Assembly: GCA_037379345.1 (NCBI GenBank)
Contig: CM074512.1
Span: 59,231,597-59,295,596 of the forward strand
Direction: 5' to 3'
DNA: 64,000 nucleotides
Source: Perna viridis
Taxonomy: Eukaryota
Part shown: one piece after another, positions 26,257 through 41,200 of the stretch
Position numbering within the stretch: the first letter of the stretch is position 1
How the letters are laid out: each line of letters begins with the position of its first letter
Position numbers and translations under genes: made by a program
The notes under the pieces: generated by a model
Seen by the model: the letters and a program-made list of their open reading frames with translations, nothing else
Databases searched by the model: none
Told to the model about the DNA's origin: nothing

Positions 26257-29200
26257 GTAAGTACAGGCAGACCAAGACACCATTGTTCATTACACAGCAT
26301 GATCAATATTCCCTGTAACATGGAAAATTTATTACGGACAATAACTCTTGTTAACTGAACATAATGAGTATATAAATTAGTTGTTTCCTTATGGGAAATA
26401 TCCTTAAGATCCTTTCATTCAGGATCCTTTATACTTCACTTGTATCATACTTTGAATGGATTATAAATATGTTTTTTACAAACCAACAAAAACATTAAAA
26501 CAAATTGGCATCTCATGAATTGTCATATCTTACAGCAGTAAGTGGCCTGGGTCTGGTCAAATTTTGGAACCACAAATGTCATGACAGATTAGAGTAATCC
26601 TAATTTGTCACTGTCAGACAATATTTGACAACCACAAAGCTGATAGTTGACATATAAAGGTCTTTAAAGGTTAGGTGATGTACTCAAGTTTTACTCTATT
26701 ATCATACAACTAGAGTTTCAACCATTGGATAAAACATGTAACATATTGTTCTATCTCTTACAAGCTTTTGTTTTCCATGTGAAACAACCCTTGTTACCTT
26801 TCTTCATTGGCTTTGATAAATATTTATGCAGTAGTTGCTTGTATAGAGGGCATTATCACAATAAATTAACTGTCCAAAGGTACAGTGATGTAATAATGTT
26901 TCGAGCCATATTTGTAAGAACTGAAGAGTTTCTAATTTTTTCTTATTAATTTTTAAATGAACATGGCAAGCCTAAATGCTAATGTTACTTATGTCTTAAA
27001 AAGATTGTTGAAGGCAATGTATTCTACAAATTATTGCACATTATACCATAGCATTTTTAGGTTCATCTAGATGAGCAGCTCAGACTGCTAGGGACCTGTA
27101 GTTACACTTCCAAAAACAGAATTTGTGGGAATATGTAGAAATCATGGTGTCAGTTTTATTTTTTCATTTGTCTGTCCACACATAGGGTAACTGCTCAATG
27201 AATTTTGATGAAATTAGGCATCCTGTGTAGATCTGTGCATAAAGGAAGTTGTCATTGTGAGAATGATAGCTTTTACTTGTTATAGAATGTCCATTTAGAA
27301 ACCATTCTTATGATATGGATGGTTCATGGTAAATTTTATCCTAAGGAATTTTTTATTCCAATGTTATATTTATATCATATATTTAACAGTGATTTGGAAA
27401 GCCAAGGGCAATGTGTCATATGCACACTGAAGCTGGAAATGGCCCATTAAAGTTACAGGATTTTACATAGAATGTAAATAAGTGGCCCATTAAAATCTTG
27501 AATACTTTTAATTATGCCGAAAATCGCTCATTTGAAAAAATCCTACCCAACCAATATCTGTTTAGAGAACAAAGTTTTTTTTAATCAACAATGGATGGCT
27601 CAGAAAATGATTTTACAGTTCGCTAAGAAAGCAACCAAATTTTACACAAAAATTGGAAGAGTTTTCTCCCCTTTTCAATGAAATGTATATTATTCTCTTT
27701 AACTGTTGCAGTAAATCAAAAACCAACATTCAACTTTGAGAAAGGATGGATTTGAAATATGAAATACATGAACATTTTTTTAAAACAAAATTTGTCATTT
27801 GTCATCCACTGCCTTGATTTTGGGTGGACGCCCTCTTAACATCTTCTTCATGTAAATGCAATTCCTCCTTAATGGCTCAGTGGCTTTTTATGAAATTTGA
27901 TAGTAAGGTTGGTCATCATATGTATATGAAGGAAAATGATTAATATCTGATGACTACTGGGGGAGATAATTCGACATATAGCATTTATATGTTTGTGACT
28001 GCACAACTGCTCCCAATTCACTAAAGGGATTATTGATTAAAAAAAGGTAAGTAAAGGGTAAAGGATAAAGATCAAGAAAGTTAGAAAATGATCCCTACCA
28101 TGGGAACTGATCAAACTTAGGGATCAACATTATTTAAGTTAAAGTAAAGCAGTGTTTTATTGTTTTTTTTGTTGTTTTTTTTTGTAACTTTATGTTCTTC
28201 GTTGTGTATGTGTGTTTTCCATGTCTGGTCTTTGTCCCTGGATTACATTCTTTTGATTACATTACAATATTTCTTAGTTTGGTTTACACCTTTTTTCTCA
28301 TAAAAACAAAATGTTGCCCCTTAACTTATTTTATGATATAAACTACTAATATAGACAAGACAAGATTGGGTACAGTATTGGAGTTGCTAGGAATACACAC
28401 CACAGAGGATACTATAAGCCATGAATGTTTCATGGTTTTTAGGAACCTACAGTATTTCCAAGTTAAACTGAACCTGAAATAATGGGCTTTTCCTCTGACA
28501 GTTAGGACTGAGTTCTAAAACAAATTCATTTGATCTTGAAAATGACTTGTAAACTTCTTTTTTTACCCTGAAAACTGGCAAGCAGTTGCACTTGCACCTA
28601 CCTTTGAAAAATTAACTGTTTAACAGGTTTTATTCATGGGGAAAGTCCTCCAATAAAGAAGACCTTTATTACTTTAGTATGCCCTTGTTGTATCAAATAG
28701 TTTTGTTTGGAAATCATTTAATTTGTAGATGTCAATTTATAATGGATAAAGAGACCTACTTACATGTAGTTGAGTTATAGTATATGAAGGACTGTTTATA
28801 CTATCAGAGTTCATTATTTCGCAGACTAACGTTGTGTTTGTTCTAATCATTTATCAGTATTTTTATACCTTGGTAGATATAGGGTGTTCAAACTAGCCAC
28901 AAGGATATAACTCAGTGTATTTACTTTCCTATACAACCTTCTATACATTCTGTAGGTACATGATTGTTTGTATTCAGTATCAGGGTCTCAATCAGTTTTA
29001 TTTTCAATTATAAAAGACCCACAATCATAATTTCTGTGTCATCTTTTGAAAAAGGAACATTTACCATTATTTTTGGACATTTAAACTGAGTCTTGACAGA
29101 TTAATAAGAAAAGTTCCATTACATTGTATTATGTGTATTTAACAAATGTCCTACAACGCCATTATTTAATAGGTCATAATTATTTTTTTCAAATGTCAGC

Positions 29201-32200
29201 GACTCTTTAACTTTTATGTAGACCAGAATGGGTGAAAGCTCTGTACATTTCATTTCTCATCCTGTATAGAACAGGGTTTCCCCTAATTTTTCCTGGAACC
29301 AGCCAAAAACAGCTATGAACAGGTCAAAACTTTATGATGTTGCATACAGTTGTAAAGAAAAAACTCAGTTTTAACAGACCAAAAGTGTGCTTGAACCATG
29401 CAATTTGGCCTCGCTTCTTAGGGAAAACCTTGTTAAGAGTTATTACCAGTACATACATTTTCTCTTCAAATTATTTTAACAATAACTTGGTGTTAATTCA
29501 AGTATTGGGGAAAAAATGGAAATTGACAAACATATTTTTTGCAGGATACAGTTATCTGAATTGGTGTGCTTGATCAACATTTCTGTTTAATGTGTAGAAA
29601 TCACAGTCCATTTACAAGCAATTATTTTAAAATCACACCAATCTTTTAAGTCACATGAAAATGGATATTTATTTAAATTTCATTAAATTTTAATTTATTT
29701 TTCACAGTACCTGCCTTGTGTAGATATTTAAACTGAACATAATTTAACAATATCAATTATTTTTAAAAGGCAACAGTTAAGTAATTGTATTTATTTATGA
29801 CAAATAATCATTGAATATTTCACAAAAGTATTATATCCATTTAGGACAATTTTACACTGGGTAGAATAGAAAATGGTGTTAAATAGGTTTGAAATGGCTT
29901 GATTTACTATCAGAATATTGGATTTGTTAAATGTTCCCAGTGTTATTAAAGAGTAGACAACAACGACATTTTGTCTTTCAAGAAAATTCGTAAATATCTT
30001 CATTCCTTGCATTGCATATGGTAGAACCTCTCGGTGATGGATTTGGCTTCCTCTTTCGATAGTTTTGGTTTTGAGTACAACTAATATTTTGAATATGATC
30101 TTCCTACATATTTGATTTTAATGCTGCTGATGAGAGGTTACTCCTTGAAACACATGTACAGCATATTGAAATTTACAATATATAAAACTGGTATTTTTTG
30201 TATTTGATATTTCTTACAAGATCATAGAAATTCTTATCATGTTATCATTTTTTGTAATCATGTTGTTTTAGACAAACTTCATTATTGTGCCTTCTTCAGA
30301 AGTACCATTTAAACCTATTTATGATTGAAAGAAACTAACTTAAATTTGAAAAAAATCTTCCATTTTTAATAGTTCAATAAAAGACATGGAAAGAACTTTT
30401 TATTCAGTGTACTGATTTGACATTATGATGGTGTGTATTAGTGCAGTATTGTACCTTATTAACAGTATTATTGTGATATAAAATATATTTCAGTAGTGCC
30501 TGAAATAAGCATTTGTCTGCTCGCCAATTGCAATCAAAAACTTGCATATGTGATTTTAAGTTTGGAAAAGTAAATGTGCCACTATGCCAAGAATTATAAT
30601 CTGGATGACTGACTGTAGATCAAAAAATGTTGCAAAACATTTTCTTTGTCAGCCTTATCTCAGGTATTGTAAATGAAAGTATATTTGAAATGACTAGTCA
30701 CTACTCCGTAGTTTCAATTAAAAAGTTTTTCCATTGACTTGTGTACAATTTGTTACACAGCCTAAGATGTCTCCCACGTAATTTTCACTGGAACTGTGCA
30801 CAGACTTAGACAAGCTAGTATGTCATTATACTGTTCTCCTGTATGTCTACTTTACATTTAAGATGCAGAATATTTAAACTGCATCAAGTCAACAGAAGGG
30901 GGAAGAGAAAACAAACAAATTATTGATTAGGCTAGCTATTAAATTTGTGAAATAAATCTGAAGTTTCACATATAAATTCCTTAGTGATTAATAATGTATT
31001 GCAGTATTGACTTCTCACAAGGAGGGATGTTTTCCTTGAATAAAAAGAAGAAAAGACTATTGTTAAGATTAAGTGATCCCATTTATGGTTAAAAGTTCTA
31101 GCTTTTCTTCCCTTTCACTTGTCAAAAGATACAATTTACCTGCTTTAACAAAAGTAGTTGACTATTAGAGTGCAATTTGTTCCCAATTTGACTCCATTAA
31201 AGGTGTGATTTCTTTATAGAAAATAATTGCTAGAAGGAGGAACCTACAATTTCCTGTGGAAGAGCTAAGGAAATCAGCTTTGATATGAAATAAATAGTTT
31301 TGCAGCATTGTAGACTTGACGTATTGAATGTTTTAATTAAGAGGGCAATCCTTACTTCCATCAATAACCATACATTTAGTAGAGAGTGTTAAGGTCAGAT
31401 AAAATAGGTTAGGAATAAAGCTTTACCCTGTTTCTGAAAAACAATACAGTGAATATTGATATGTTTTTTTGAACTCCTGGCTATCACAACTCTTACAATG
31501 AACAAAATGGGTGAGAAGTAATACATGTATTAGCAAAACTTATAACATCTCATCAATGCTGAGAGCAGTAGACTGTACCTGTTTATTTCATAGAATCACA
31601 AAAATTAGTAAAAATAAACTGATACATCTACAAAACTTGCACTTACCAAGGTTCATAGATGCATATTTTTAGTTAATGTACTTTTTTTATAGATATTTTG
31701 TAATGTTCTCATTATTATTGTGAAAAGTACCATTTGTAAGGCATTGGTGCTTGTATTACCAGGGGGTATTTCTTGGTGCTGCAAAAGATTTCAGTTGCAT
31801 TTTGGTTTAAAATTACAAATGCACACAGATTTCTATGAATGTCTGCCAACTTTTTATAGTTATATTTAATTTTTTAGTTACTTAAATGGTGAACATCAAG
31901 CATATCAGTATAACTGATTTTTCAAATAACAATTCAGATACATTGTAAATTACTGGCTTTCTCCTCAAAATATGCAAGAATAGTAGTAAATTCATTATAT
32001 ATCACGTAGAACATATTCCAAACATGTGTAATTCTAAATATCATAAATTTTAGCTTCAAAACCTAAAAAAAGTCTTCATGATTAAGGATAGAACCAGTTT
32101 GCATGGAAAGTGGCCATATGTTAATAGTTTTGATATAAAAACTGAAGAATTGATACAAAGGCATGTCTATATGTTCATATCATATGTGTTAAGGTATTTG

Positions 32201-35200
32201 ATAGAATGATGATGATTTTAATGAATCCATCTGTTTAGTTCTTCTATCTTTTTGAACTACAGACTTCTGTTTTCCTATCTCAGATCATATAACAACCTTA
32301 TGGTTTGACCTTGTGGCTTTTTAAACATTGGTTGATTTTTACGTTCATTTAATAGTAGGATTCAATCTCAATTTTACCAACTTGAAATTTATTAAACAAT
32401 GTTAGCATTCTTAGTTGCTTAATCCCTGCCAAGTATTGAGTATCATCATAAAACCACAAACTACTGGTTTGTCAACAGAGATAAACACTGAGATCTAAAC
32501 AGGCCATAACTCAACAAAAAATTGATCGTCTTAAAGGGAAAATATCCATTCATTTTACATTAAACTTCAATGGTATAGTTTAGACCTTAATGTTTGTGTT
32601 CAGACACTGGCACATGTTTGTGTGTGGTTTATATACTGGTATAATACGGAGTATGCTTATTTTGATGGACTAGTATAACTATGACTTAAAGAGTTAAATT
32701 TTAGATATCATTTCTACATTTTGTCAGCAGTGCATAGATTTTTTTTTGGGGGTTCAAATAATAGTTAAATGTAGTGATGTTATGGTCATTTATTGAAATC
32801 TATCTTAATTCTAGACAAAGAGGTTAGTCAGTAATGGATATTATTCCTTTTATTGTAAAAGTTAAATAGATATAAACCATGTCCATAGTTCACTCTGTCT
32901 ACACTCCATAAGTGTGCCTTGTCCATTCTGGGCCTTCTATAGGAAGTTATTTGAATTATCATGATGTGTTAAATGTCTTAAGCTGAATTTCTGAGACCAT
33001 ACATTTGTCTGTGCATGTACATAAATGCACTGTGTGTATTTGGTTTAGGTGCATATAAGGTAAGATCTGTTTAAACACAACATGTTAGGACATGCTGACA
33101 GGTAGATTTATGATATATTTGAAGGCACTGCAAATCCTAACTTTCATATTTATATAGATACATGTTGTCAGTTGTTACAAATGCTTGGTAAGATTAATAT
33201 GGAGAAGTAAAATTAAAATGATGCAGCAAAATTTGTCTATGTGGGAGAGATGGAAGACAAGTGAAAGAACCGAGAAGCTTTATAAACATGTTTTGTATTT
33301 GGCATGGGAGAGGTGGGTTACATGTCAAAGAACCAAGAACCAAGAAGCTTTATAACATGTTCTGTATTTTGGCATGGGAGAGGTGGGTTACATGTCAAAG
33401 AACCAAGAAGCTTTATAACATGTTCTGTATTTGGCATGGGAGAGATGGGTTACATGTCAAAGAACCAAGAACCAAGAAGCTTTATAACATGTTCTGTATT
33501 TGGCATGGGAGAGGTGGGTTACATGTCAAAGAACCAAGAAGCATTATAACATGTTTGTATTTGGCATGGGAGAGGTGGGGTACATGTCAAAGAACCAAGA
33601 AGCGTTACAATATGTTCGGTATTTGGCGTGGGAGAGGTGGTAGACGTCAAAGAACCAAAAAGTATTATAACATGTTTGTATTTGACATGGGAGAGGTGAG
33701 ATACATGTCAAAAAACCAAGAAGCTCTGTAACATGTTTTATATTTGGCATGGGAGTGCTAGGTACATCCCTGAGAACCCAGAAGCTCTGTAACATGAACT
33801 GTTTTAGGCACGGGAGAGGCATGGTTCATGACAGAGAAATCTAGAAGCTCTGTTACATGTTTTATATGGCAGGGGAGAGGTGGGGTACATGTCAGACAAC
33901 CCAGATTTTCTTTAACTGTGGTATATGGATAACCTTGATTACACCTATGCCTATTAAGTCAAATGTTTATATATGGTATCATGTATGTTGTGTGAGCTAC
34001 AGCAAGGATCAAATAAGTGGTAAGATGCATTTTCCAATATATTTTACCAAAGATTTTGTGATTAGAATAAAATAACAGTGAATCTTGTTAGTCAATAATG
34101 TCTTTAGGCAACCAATTTTCAGTATGATTTCAATTGAAAATTTTACCTGAACCCACCCTTATGACATATGAAGGACTCTAGTTAGTACTAATAAAGTTGA
34201 CTATGCACTTGTGTTTAACAGGTGTCCCTATCTTATCCAAAGCACTGTCATGCACCTACTTGTAAAGATAGGATTTGATTAGCTAAAACAGAATATGACT
34301 AACCTTTGCATTTAGGTTTCCATTGTTAAGATTTAATAAACTAGCTTTAATTGATAGGCAGTTACTAGGATACTTAACTTGGCTCCATTGACATAATTTT
34401 GGAGGGATACCCCTTTCTTTTCTTTGTAGTCCATTAGTAATAGTAGTATTCAACAAGATACTGTAAATATGTGTTTTATCTTCATATTTAAGATATAGTT
34501 ATTTATGAAATGTACAGTTTCTCAAACTCCCAGGTGTTGAATGATCTTGTACTGCTCTAATAAAGGGCAAGGTATGAAATTCAACTTGCAAAACAATATA
34601 TATGCAAATAATGCCTTTTAATTCGAATTTAGACAAATTGTGTAAAAGATATGACTTCGGACTACATCATAGGTCAACTTGAAGTCTTGCATAACATTAT
34701 ATGCAATTCCTCCTTTTTTGTGTGCTGAATTTTTTATTGCCATATGAGTAGCATGCACTAAAATGGGCATGATTTGTGTCTGCTTAAATTACCTCCCACA
34801 ATTTTTTTAATCATGTAAGCAAACATGGGTATCATTTGGATATGTATTACTATCAATACTTTTTCGTTCATTCTGGTAGAGTAAAGGAACATCAAAATCA
34901 ATAGTCATATTGAGTAAAACATAATAAACGGACTTCAGTGACCTTTCAGAGAGAGAAAAAAAGGCCTAACAGTAAATTAAAAAAAAACACACAAAAAATG
35001 TACCATCATGTGTTCGTTGCCTACACAATGATTAATTCTGTCACATGGTGTGTTTTCACCAAATAAAAGAGCTGAATATGGCAGAAGTCTTAGGTTACCT
35101 TATGTCACAAAAATATGGAAAAAGTACCACATTTATGTCCATATTTAACCAGAGACTGTTTTATCATTGTTTGACCATAGACTGACCATTATTGATGTTG

Positions 35201-38200
35201 AACTACTAACTGCTATAGCTCAGGATTAAGTAAATAACCACCTCATGGTAAAACACTGATGAAATGGAGTTCCTGCAATGGCTTTTCTTAAGAATAAAAT
35301 TGTAAAATGAAAGCCATATATTCAGTTTGAACTACTTCTGAATATGTACTAAATTTGTTAATGATCACTGCCTTCTTATAGTCAGTTAATTCTGAGAAAA
35401 TATTTGTGTTATGTATCACATTTGGATTATGCCTGATTATATTGTTGAGTTATATGTTAGACAGAGTACATCTACCCAGCTGTGTATAATGCCTTACACA
35501 GAAGGGGAGGAAGTGGTACAAGTGTAAATATTGAACTATCAAATTTATGAATAAAATTGTTTTTTGAATTGTATTTACTGTGTGCACTGAACATACTGTT
35601 CTGTAATTTGATGTTTCACATTTTTGCTGAGGCATTCATTTTTCTGCCATTGGGTCAAGACTACTCTCTTAGTCACCCCATACTTTACCTATGTTAAACC
35701 ATTCAATCTTTACATATCATATTGTATGAAAATATAATATTTGTGTACACTATATCTGAGACTATGTTTGAAAAGAGAATACAAAGATATCACAATCATT
35801 CCCCCCTGCAGACTATAATTGTAATGTACCAAAGGATTTATAAAATCTAAATTGATCCTTGTTTAAAGGGCTCTATCCTTTGGCTGTGAAAAGTATCAGA
35901 GAAGTATTTTTTGAAGTCTGTGATACAATTCTGTGCTGACATAGCAGATTATGTATTTGTTTATGTTAAATTGTGTGACATACTGCAACGAAAAGAGACA
36001 TTTGGTGACAGATTTAATGTTTAACAAAGTGCAATATTTGTCAGTCCTGCTTTTTAGGTCCTCTAAATTATTGTACATTCTTCCTGCCATAAATGCACTT
36101 GATCTCCTAGAGACATGGCAATATGACTTCTATATTTTCTCTCCCTTTGGTAATTTTTACCTGTACCACCAATGACCTAAGCAGGTAAAAATGATTAAAC
36201 TCTATAAAGCCATCACACTTACAGGGTACTCTGTTCCTCAAAAAGTATTGATCCAATATCTTTTAAACTTAAAAGTTTATATTGCACTTTCTATAATGAG
36301 TAAATTTAACAAATATTCCATCATTTTTAGCTTGTTGAACCTTGCTATTTCTTGTCATTAATTATGTTGTCAAGGGTACCTATTGACTTTATGTAATCTG
36401 TAACTTAATGAATGTTAAACAAATATAATTCAAATTGGCACAACTTTAAGATATATATTAGAAATGTGCAACTCCTATTACAGACAAATTTAACAAATAT
36501 TTTGTATGAATATTAACCTGTAAAGAGCCAGTTATATAGCAGCATATGCTATCATACAAATGTCATTACTGGTGCATACTTCATAATGTCTCCCCTCACT
36601 TAGGTGGGGAGACATTTTATTTTTGGCTTGTCCGTTGGTCCGTCTATGTGTCTACGTCCATGTGTCCGTGTGTCTGTCTCAAAGTTTGTCAGTGCAACCC
36701 CTCTCAAACTACTGAACCGAATTTTATGAAACGTGGTATGTAGCAAGAACATCAGATGTAGTTGTGCATATTACCAGGAAATTTTGATCCCCCAATTTTT
36801 GTAGAAGTTATGCCCTTTGAACTTAGAAATTTGAAAAAAAATCCTCTTAAATTACCATGTCAGTGCAACTTCTCTGAAACTATTGAACAAAATTTTACAA
36901 AACATGGTATGTACTAAGAACATCATAAATAAGACAATACTTGAATGGTAATGCTTAAATTTTAGATGTATGTTAAAATCAACATAGTTTTGGGCTTATA
37001 TATAAACGTTTGGGGGTTTGAATGAACATTTTTAATGTACGTTTATATACGTTTGTTCTCCCCTTCCTGGTTCCCCTAACTTCACAGATATTTTTAGATA
37101 GACATGCACAAGTCACATGACTTATACATGATGTCATGGAATTTTTTAGGCCGAGGCAGCTGGACCCCAAACAAATTTCAGTGTAGCTTTCCAAATTCAA
37201 TATTTATTGAACTTCAATAGCCGTTTTACTTCCATTTTGTGCCTCTATTCAAGGCGTGTGTTATGGAAATCACATAGTATTTTTATTATAACACAAGAAT
37301 GATGCCTCCGAAGGCATGCAACAGGGTCGCAATGTGCATCATAATTTACCGTATAATTTATCAGTACCAGAAAATTGGACTGCTGCTCAGCTTAAAACTG
37401 AACTTTCAAAACTTGGTGCACTGGTAGGGTAAGCATCCTCTGCTTTTCTATATATACCCGCCAAGTTGCTCATAAAAAGTCAAGTCCAAGGTAGACAAAA
37501 GAGGAAATAACGTTCATAACTTTCACTGTTTTCTCATGATTTATTCTCTACTGTTATCAAGAAGAGACTGGACTTGAAATTTGGGCTTAAGAATTTTACT
37601 TCGAGCAAAGACAAAAAGTTGTTCCAACTAAAAATTACGTAAGAAGCGTACTTGTGGTTTTAAATTTAATTGAGAAAGATTATTACTGTAAACAATCTTG
37701 TTTTTAAATATATTGCAATAATTGGGATTGGCTGTATTACATCAAATCACAGACATTGTGCAGATTAGTTTGTAAAAGTACCGCTGAATTTGGACTAAGT
37801 CCAGTTGTAAAGAAACCCAAGTCATACATATACAAAACACAGCATGATAAGTTGCCAGTTTTTATAAAAAAAAAATAAAACCTTCAGTGATATTTGTTTT
37901 TTTTCAATTGACATATTTACAATGTGATTTTTTTTGTCCAGTCATTGAAATGCTTAGTAGTTATGTAACCAGATAAATAATTAATGACAAATGAAGATTA
38001 ATTCTAAAGTTGGTGTTGATTTTCAAGGGTTAGGTGTTCTTTTCAACAACTTTATCATGAGTTAAAGCTTTAGAGTATTTTTTACAAAGTTAATATACAA
38101 TGACACAATGCATACTTTTACAACATAATGAAGAAGTTACTCCGAAGGAAAAGCTTTAGGATGCTTGTTTTCTGTCAGATTTTCTCCCACTTGTAAAATG

Positions 38201-41200
38201 TTAATGCCTTTATTGTTAGACATCTACTCTTTCTTTTCTAAAATTCCTGTTGCTATAGAAAATCATGTTCAAGAATTTATCAGGAATGATTTTACAGCTT
38301 GTATTAGGATTTGAAAAACTACTTAAAAAACAACGTAAAGAGAAATTTTAATTTACTGATTATTAGTGTCTGTTGTCAACAAGGAACTTTATTCCTGAGT
38401 CTTGTAATAGTATTTAGTATGGACCCTTCTGCATGTTAATTTTTGTTACTGCAAAAATCTGAAAATCATACTTTCTATAGTTAAATGATTGCAATCATTG
38501 TATACTCGTGCATTTATACAAGTGTGAAGCAAATACATGCTAACTCATACTATTGTTAGTTCACATTTCCTGGTTACAGGAACTTTAAACTTGAAACCTG
38601 AAGCAAACCAAACTTACCAGTTCCATGATTTTAGGGAATACTTTGAAACTCCTTGTTAATATTGGGCTTTAGATTTCAAGCTGTTTGCAAGAAAGATAAA
38701 CCTTCTGTGTTAGTTTTGCATAATTAAAGCTTGAAGTCAACACCTCCTGAACTATAAATGCTATAAAATAGATTTGATGAATCTTAATTTGGAGGTTTTA
38801 CATCATGTACATGTGAATTGAGAAACTAATTAATTGATATTAAAAAGGGGAGATAACACAAGGTTTTTTTATGTTCTCAGTCCAAGAGGAACACAAGTTT
38901 TATTGTGAGCTTCCTGAAATGAACATGAGATTTAATGTAAAAAAATGGTATTTAAAAGAAGCAATGCTTTACTTTATACATGCAATGAAATAAATAATGG
39001 GATAAAAATGGGGTTATTTGCCACAATACCAAGACTGGTACTCACAACACTGGGAATGATTAGCAATCGCCATCTTTTATTTTCAGGGCTTTGTTGATTT
39101 TAAGGAATCAGAAGATTTTAAAGTTCTTTTGAATGTTACTGCACCAGCTATAGAAGAAGCATATGCTGTTACAGCTGACATCACTGAAAGCAAGGGCAGA
39201 CTACTGATTCAGGTTGTAAGTATTCTATGATCTTTTGAAGAATCGTGTAGATTTTGAATTCATCAGGTTTTTAGGAAATTGTAATATGACTATAAACCTC
39301 TTTAAAATTCCATGTCATATTGTGAATGTACTTTAATTCATGGATACTAATTTTTGTGGATTGCAAAAGAAAGAGAAGTTCGTGGATTTTTGAATTCATG
39401 GTTTTGAGGTTTACAGGATACACATTTTTTGGTCTACCCACCAAAACCACGAAAATTGGTACCCCATGAATAATAGTACTTTCACAGTAGTTAGATGTTA
39501 GTAGGTGTGAAATTGCAAGACACATTAGTTCCGATAATTTTATATAATCTGTTAAAGTTTTTTAAAAGCAGACTTAAACTGTTTCCTTGTTTAGTGTTAA
39601 TAAAGGTCATAATTCAACTTTCAACTCATCTGGATGACATTATTATTTGCACGCCATGGATTGGTGAGTATTGTGATCCTTACATTCTTAGAATTTTTTA
39701 TTCTATTCAATCTTGGATTTGTTCATTTTGTTCCATAATAATTAAAATATCTTACTTTCCACAGTACGAAAACAAAACTGCTTCGTCACCTGTTACCTTA
39801 CCATGGATATTTATTTTCATCACCATAGCAACATGTCTTGTCATTATATTGGCATCTGTTTATGCAATCTGGTGGTATTGTTCCAAGAAGCATTTGGACT
39901 TACAGAGGGACTATTACAGTCATGGCAATGTTATGTTCAGATCGAGAAACAGTGAATGTCTGTCATCAGGGCCAACAGATTTACTTCTACAGTCAGAACA
40001 TGGTAGAGATAGTATGGTGGATGATGGGAAGGATTTACCTGATGTGTCAGAGGAAGATGAAGATGAAGATGGAAGGGTAAATTTTTATTACAGTGTCTTT
40101 TCCAGGTTTATGAAAATTTACAATTGCTTATTTTCAGTAAATTGGGGGTTAATTCACAATTTGTTTGATAAAATATAATTCATTTTAGGTAATGCTCCTA
40201 GTTAGTTTGATTTCAGATTAAGGTTTAGTTACGTTGTTTACTCATAGAATTTGTTTAATGTATGTGATTAGTATCTGCATGTACATTTTCAGCATTGGTC
40301 ACTGGAACAGTTATGAAACTCCCTTTCAGAACTGCCCTTACATCAATTCAATTTTAGCTGTAATGACTTAATCAGTCCAAAAGTCAGTTACTGTAAACTG
40401 GAAAAATTTTTTTTGTGGTTTCTGTGATCAATGTACTTTTGTGCTGTTTTAAATTCCAGATAATTTCTCAAATCTTATTGTAATTCTTTGAAGAAAACAA
40501 TTGTTACTGTCTAATTTTCTTGTTACAGGTCTTACCGCAAATAATAGTGAAAAAACTTGAAGTTAACTTTTACAACATTTAACTTGACTTATGTAATTAC
40601 ATGTTGACACCTTCATGTTTTGTTCTATAGTTCATTTTTTCCCCACTTTTAGCCAATAAGAAGAAAGAAAAAAACTGTTGTTCGTCTTGATGAGAGTGAT
40701 GAAGACAATGAGAAGGTGGATGAAAAACTGACAATAAAAAGACGTTATCAACCTCCTACAAAACGTTTGTACAGAGAGCAACAGATGAGAAGACATGGAA
40801 GAAGGAAACGGCATCCATCTTTAAATGATCCTCCATCCTATGATGCTGTAATGGAATACCCTGAGGGATCGAGTGATGAATCAGATGAAGAAACAAATCA
40901 GAAAAAAACTTATATAAATAGCTCAAGAAGTGTGGAGGAAAGAAGCAAACGAGATAAGCAGTTTGTAGAAAGTAGTCGCAGCTTTGGTGAACAAACATCC
41001 TATCAGAGAAGAGACCTGTATTCATATAATCCTTTGGCCTTTCAAACAATTCCTGTTGCTCACTCTGATACAGAGTTAAGTGTGCCGTTGAGGAGTCCCA
41101 GATATGTTGCACATAATATACCTCCAAGAGGCTTTGTTAACCCAATGGAAAGGCATGGTGATGAATATACTGAAAATAAAGATAAAAAGTTTGAAAAAAT

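Noticed and set aside
29272-29432. Imperfect CAGGG-type inverted termini
   Set aside because: Only a 12/14 match with no TSD; too weak to call.
33261-33822. Overlapping ORFs of 81-156 aa with repeated peptides
   Set aside because: They are translations of the minisatellite, with no splice-consistent link to the gene, and the array is not CRISPR-like (no unique spacers, eukaryotic context).
11760-35290. Other CTGATGA occurrences (~11763, ~24620, ~27947, ~35256) as hammerhead candidates
   Set aside because: None has a correctly placed stem II, GAAA and UH with a closing stem I.
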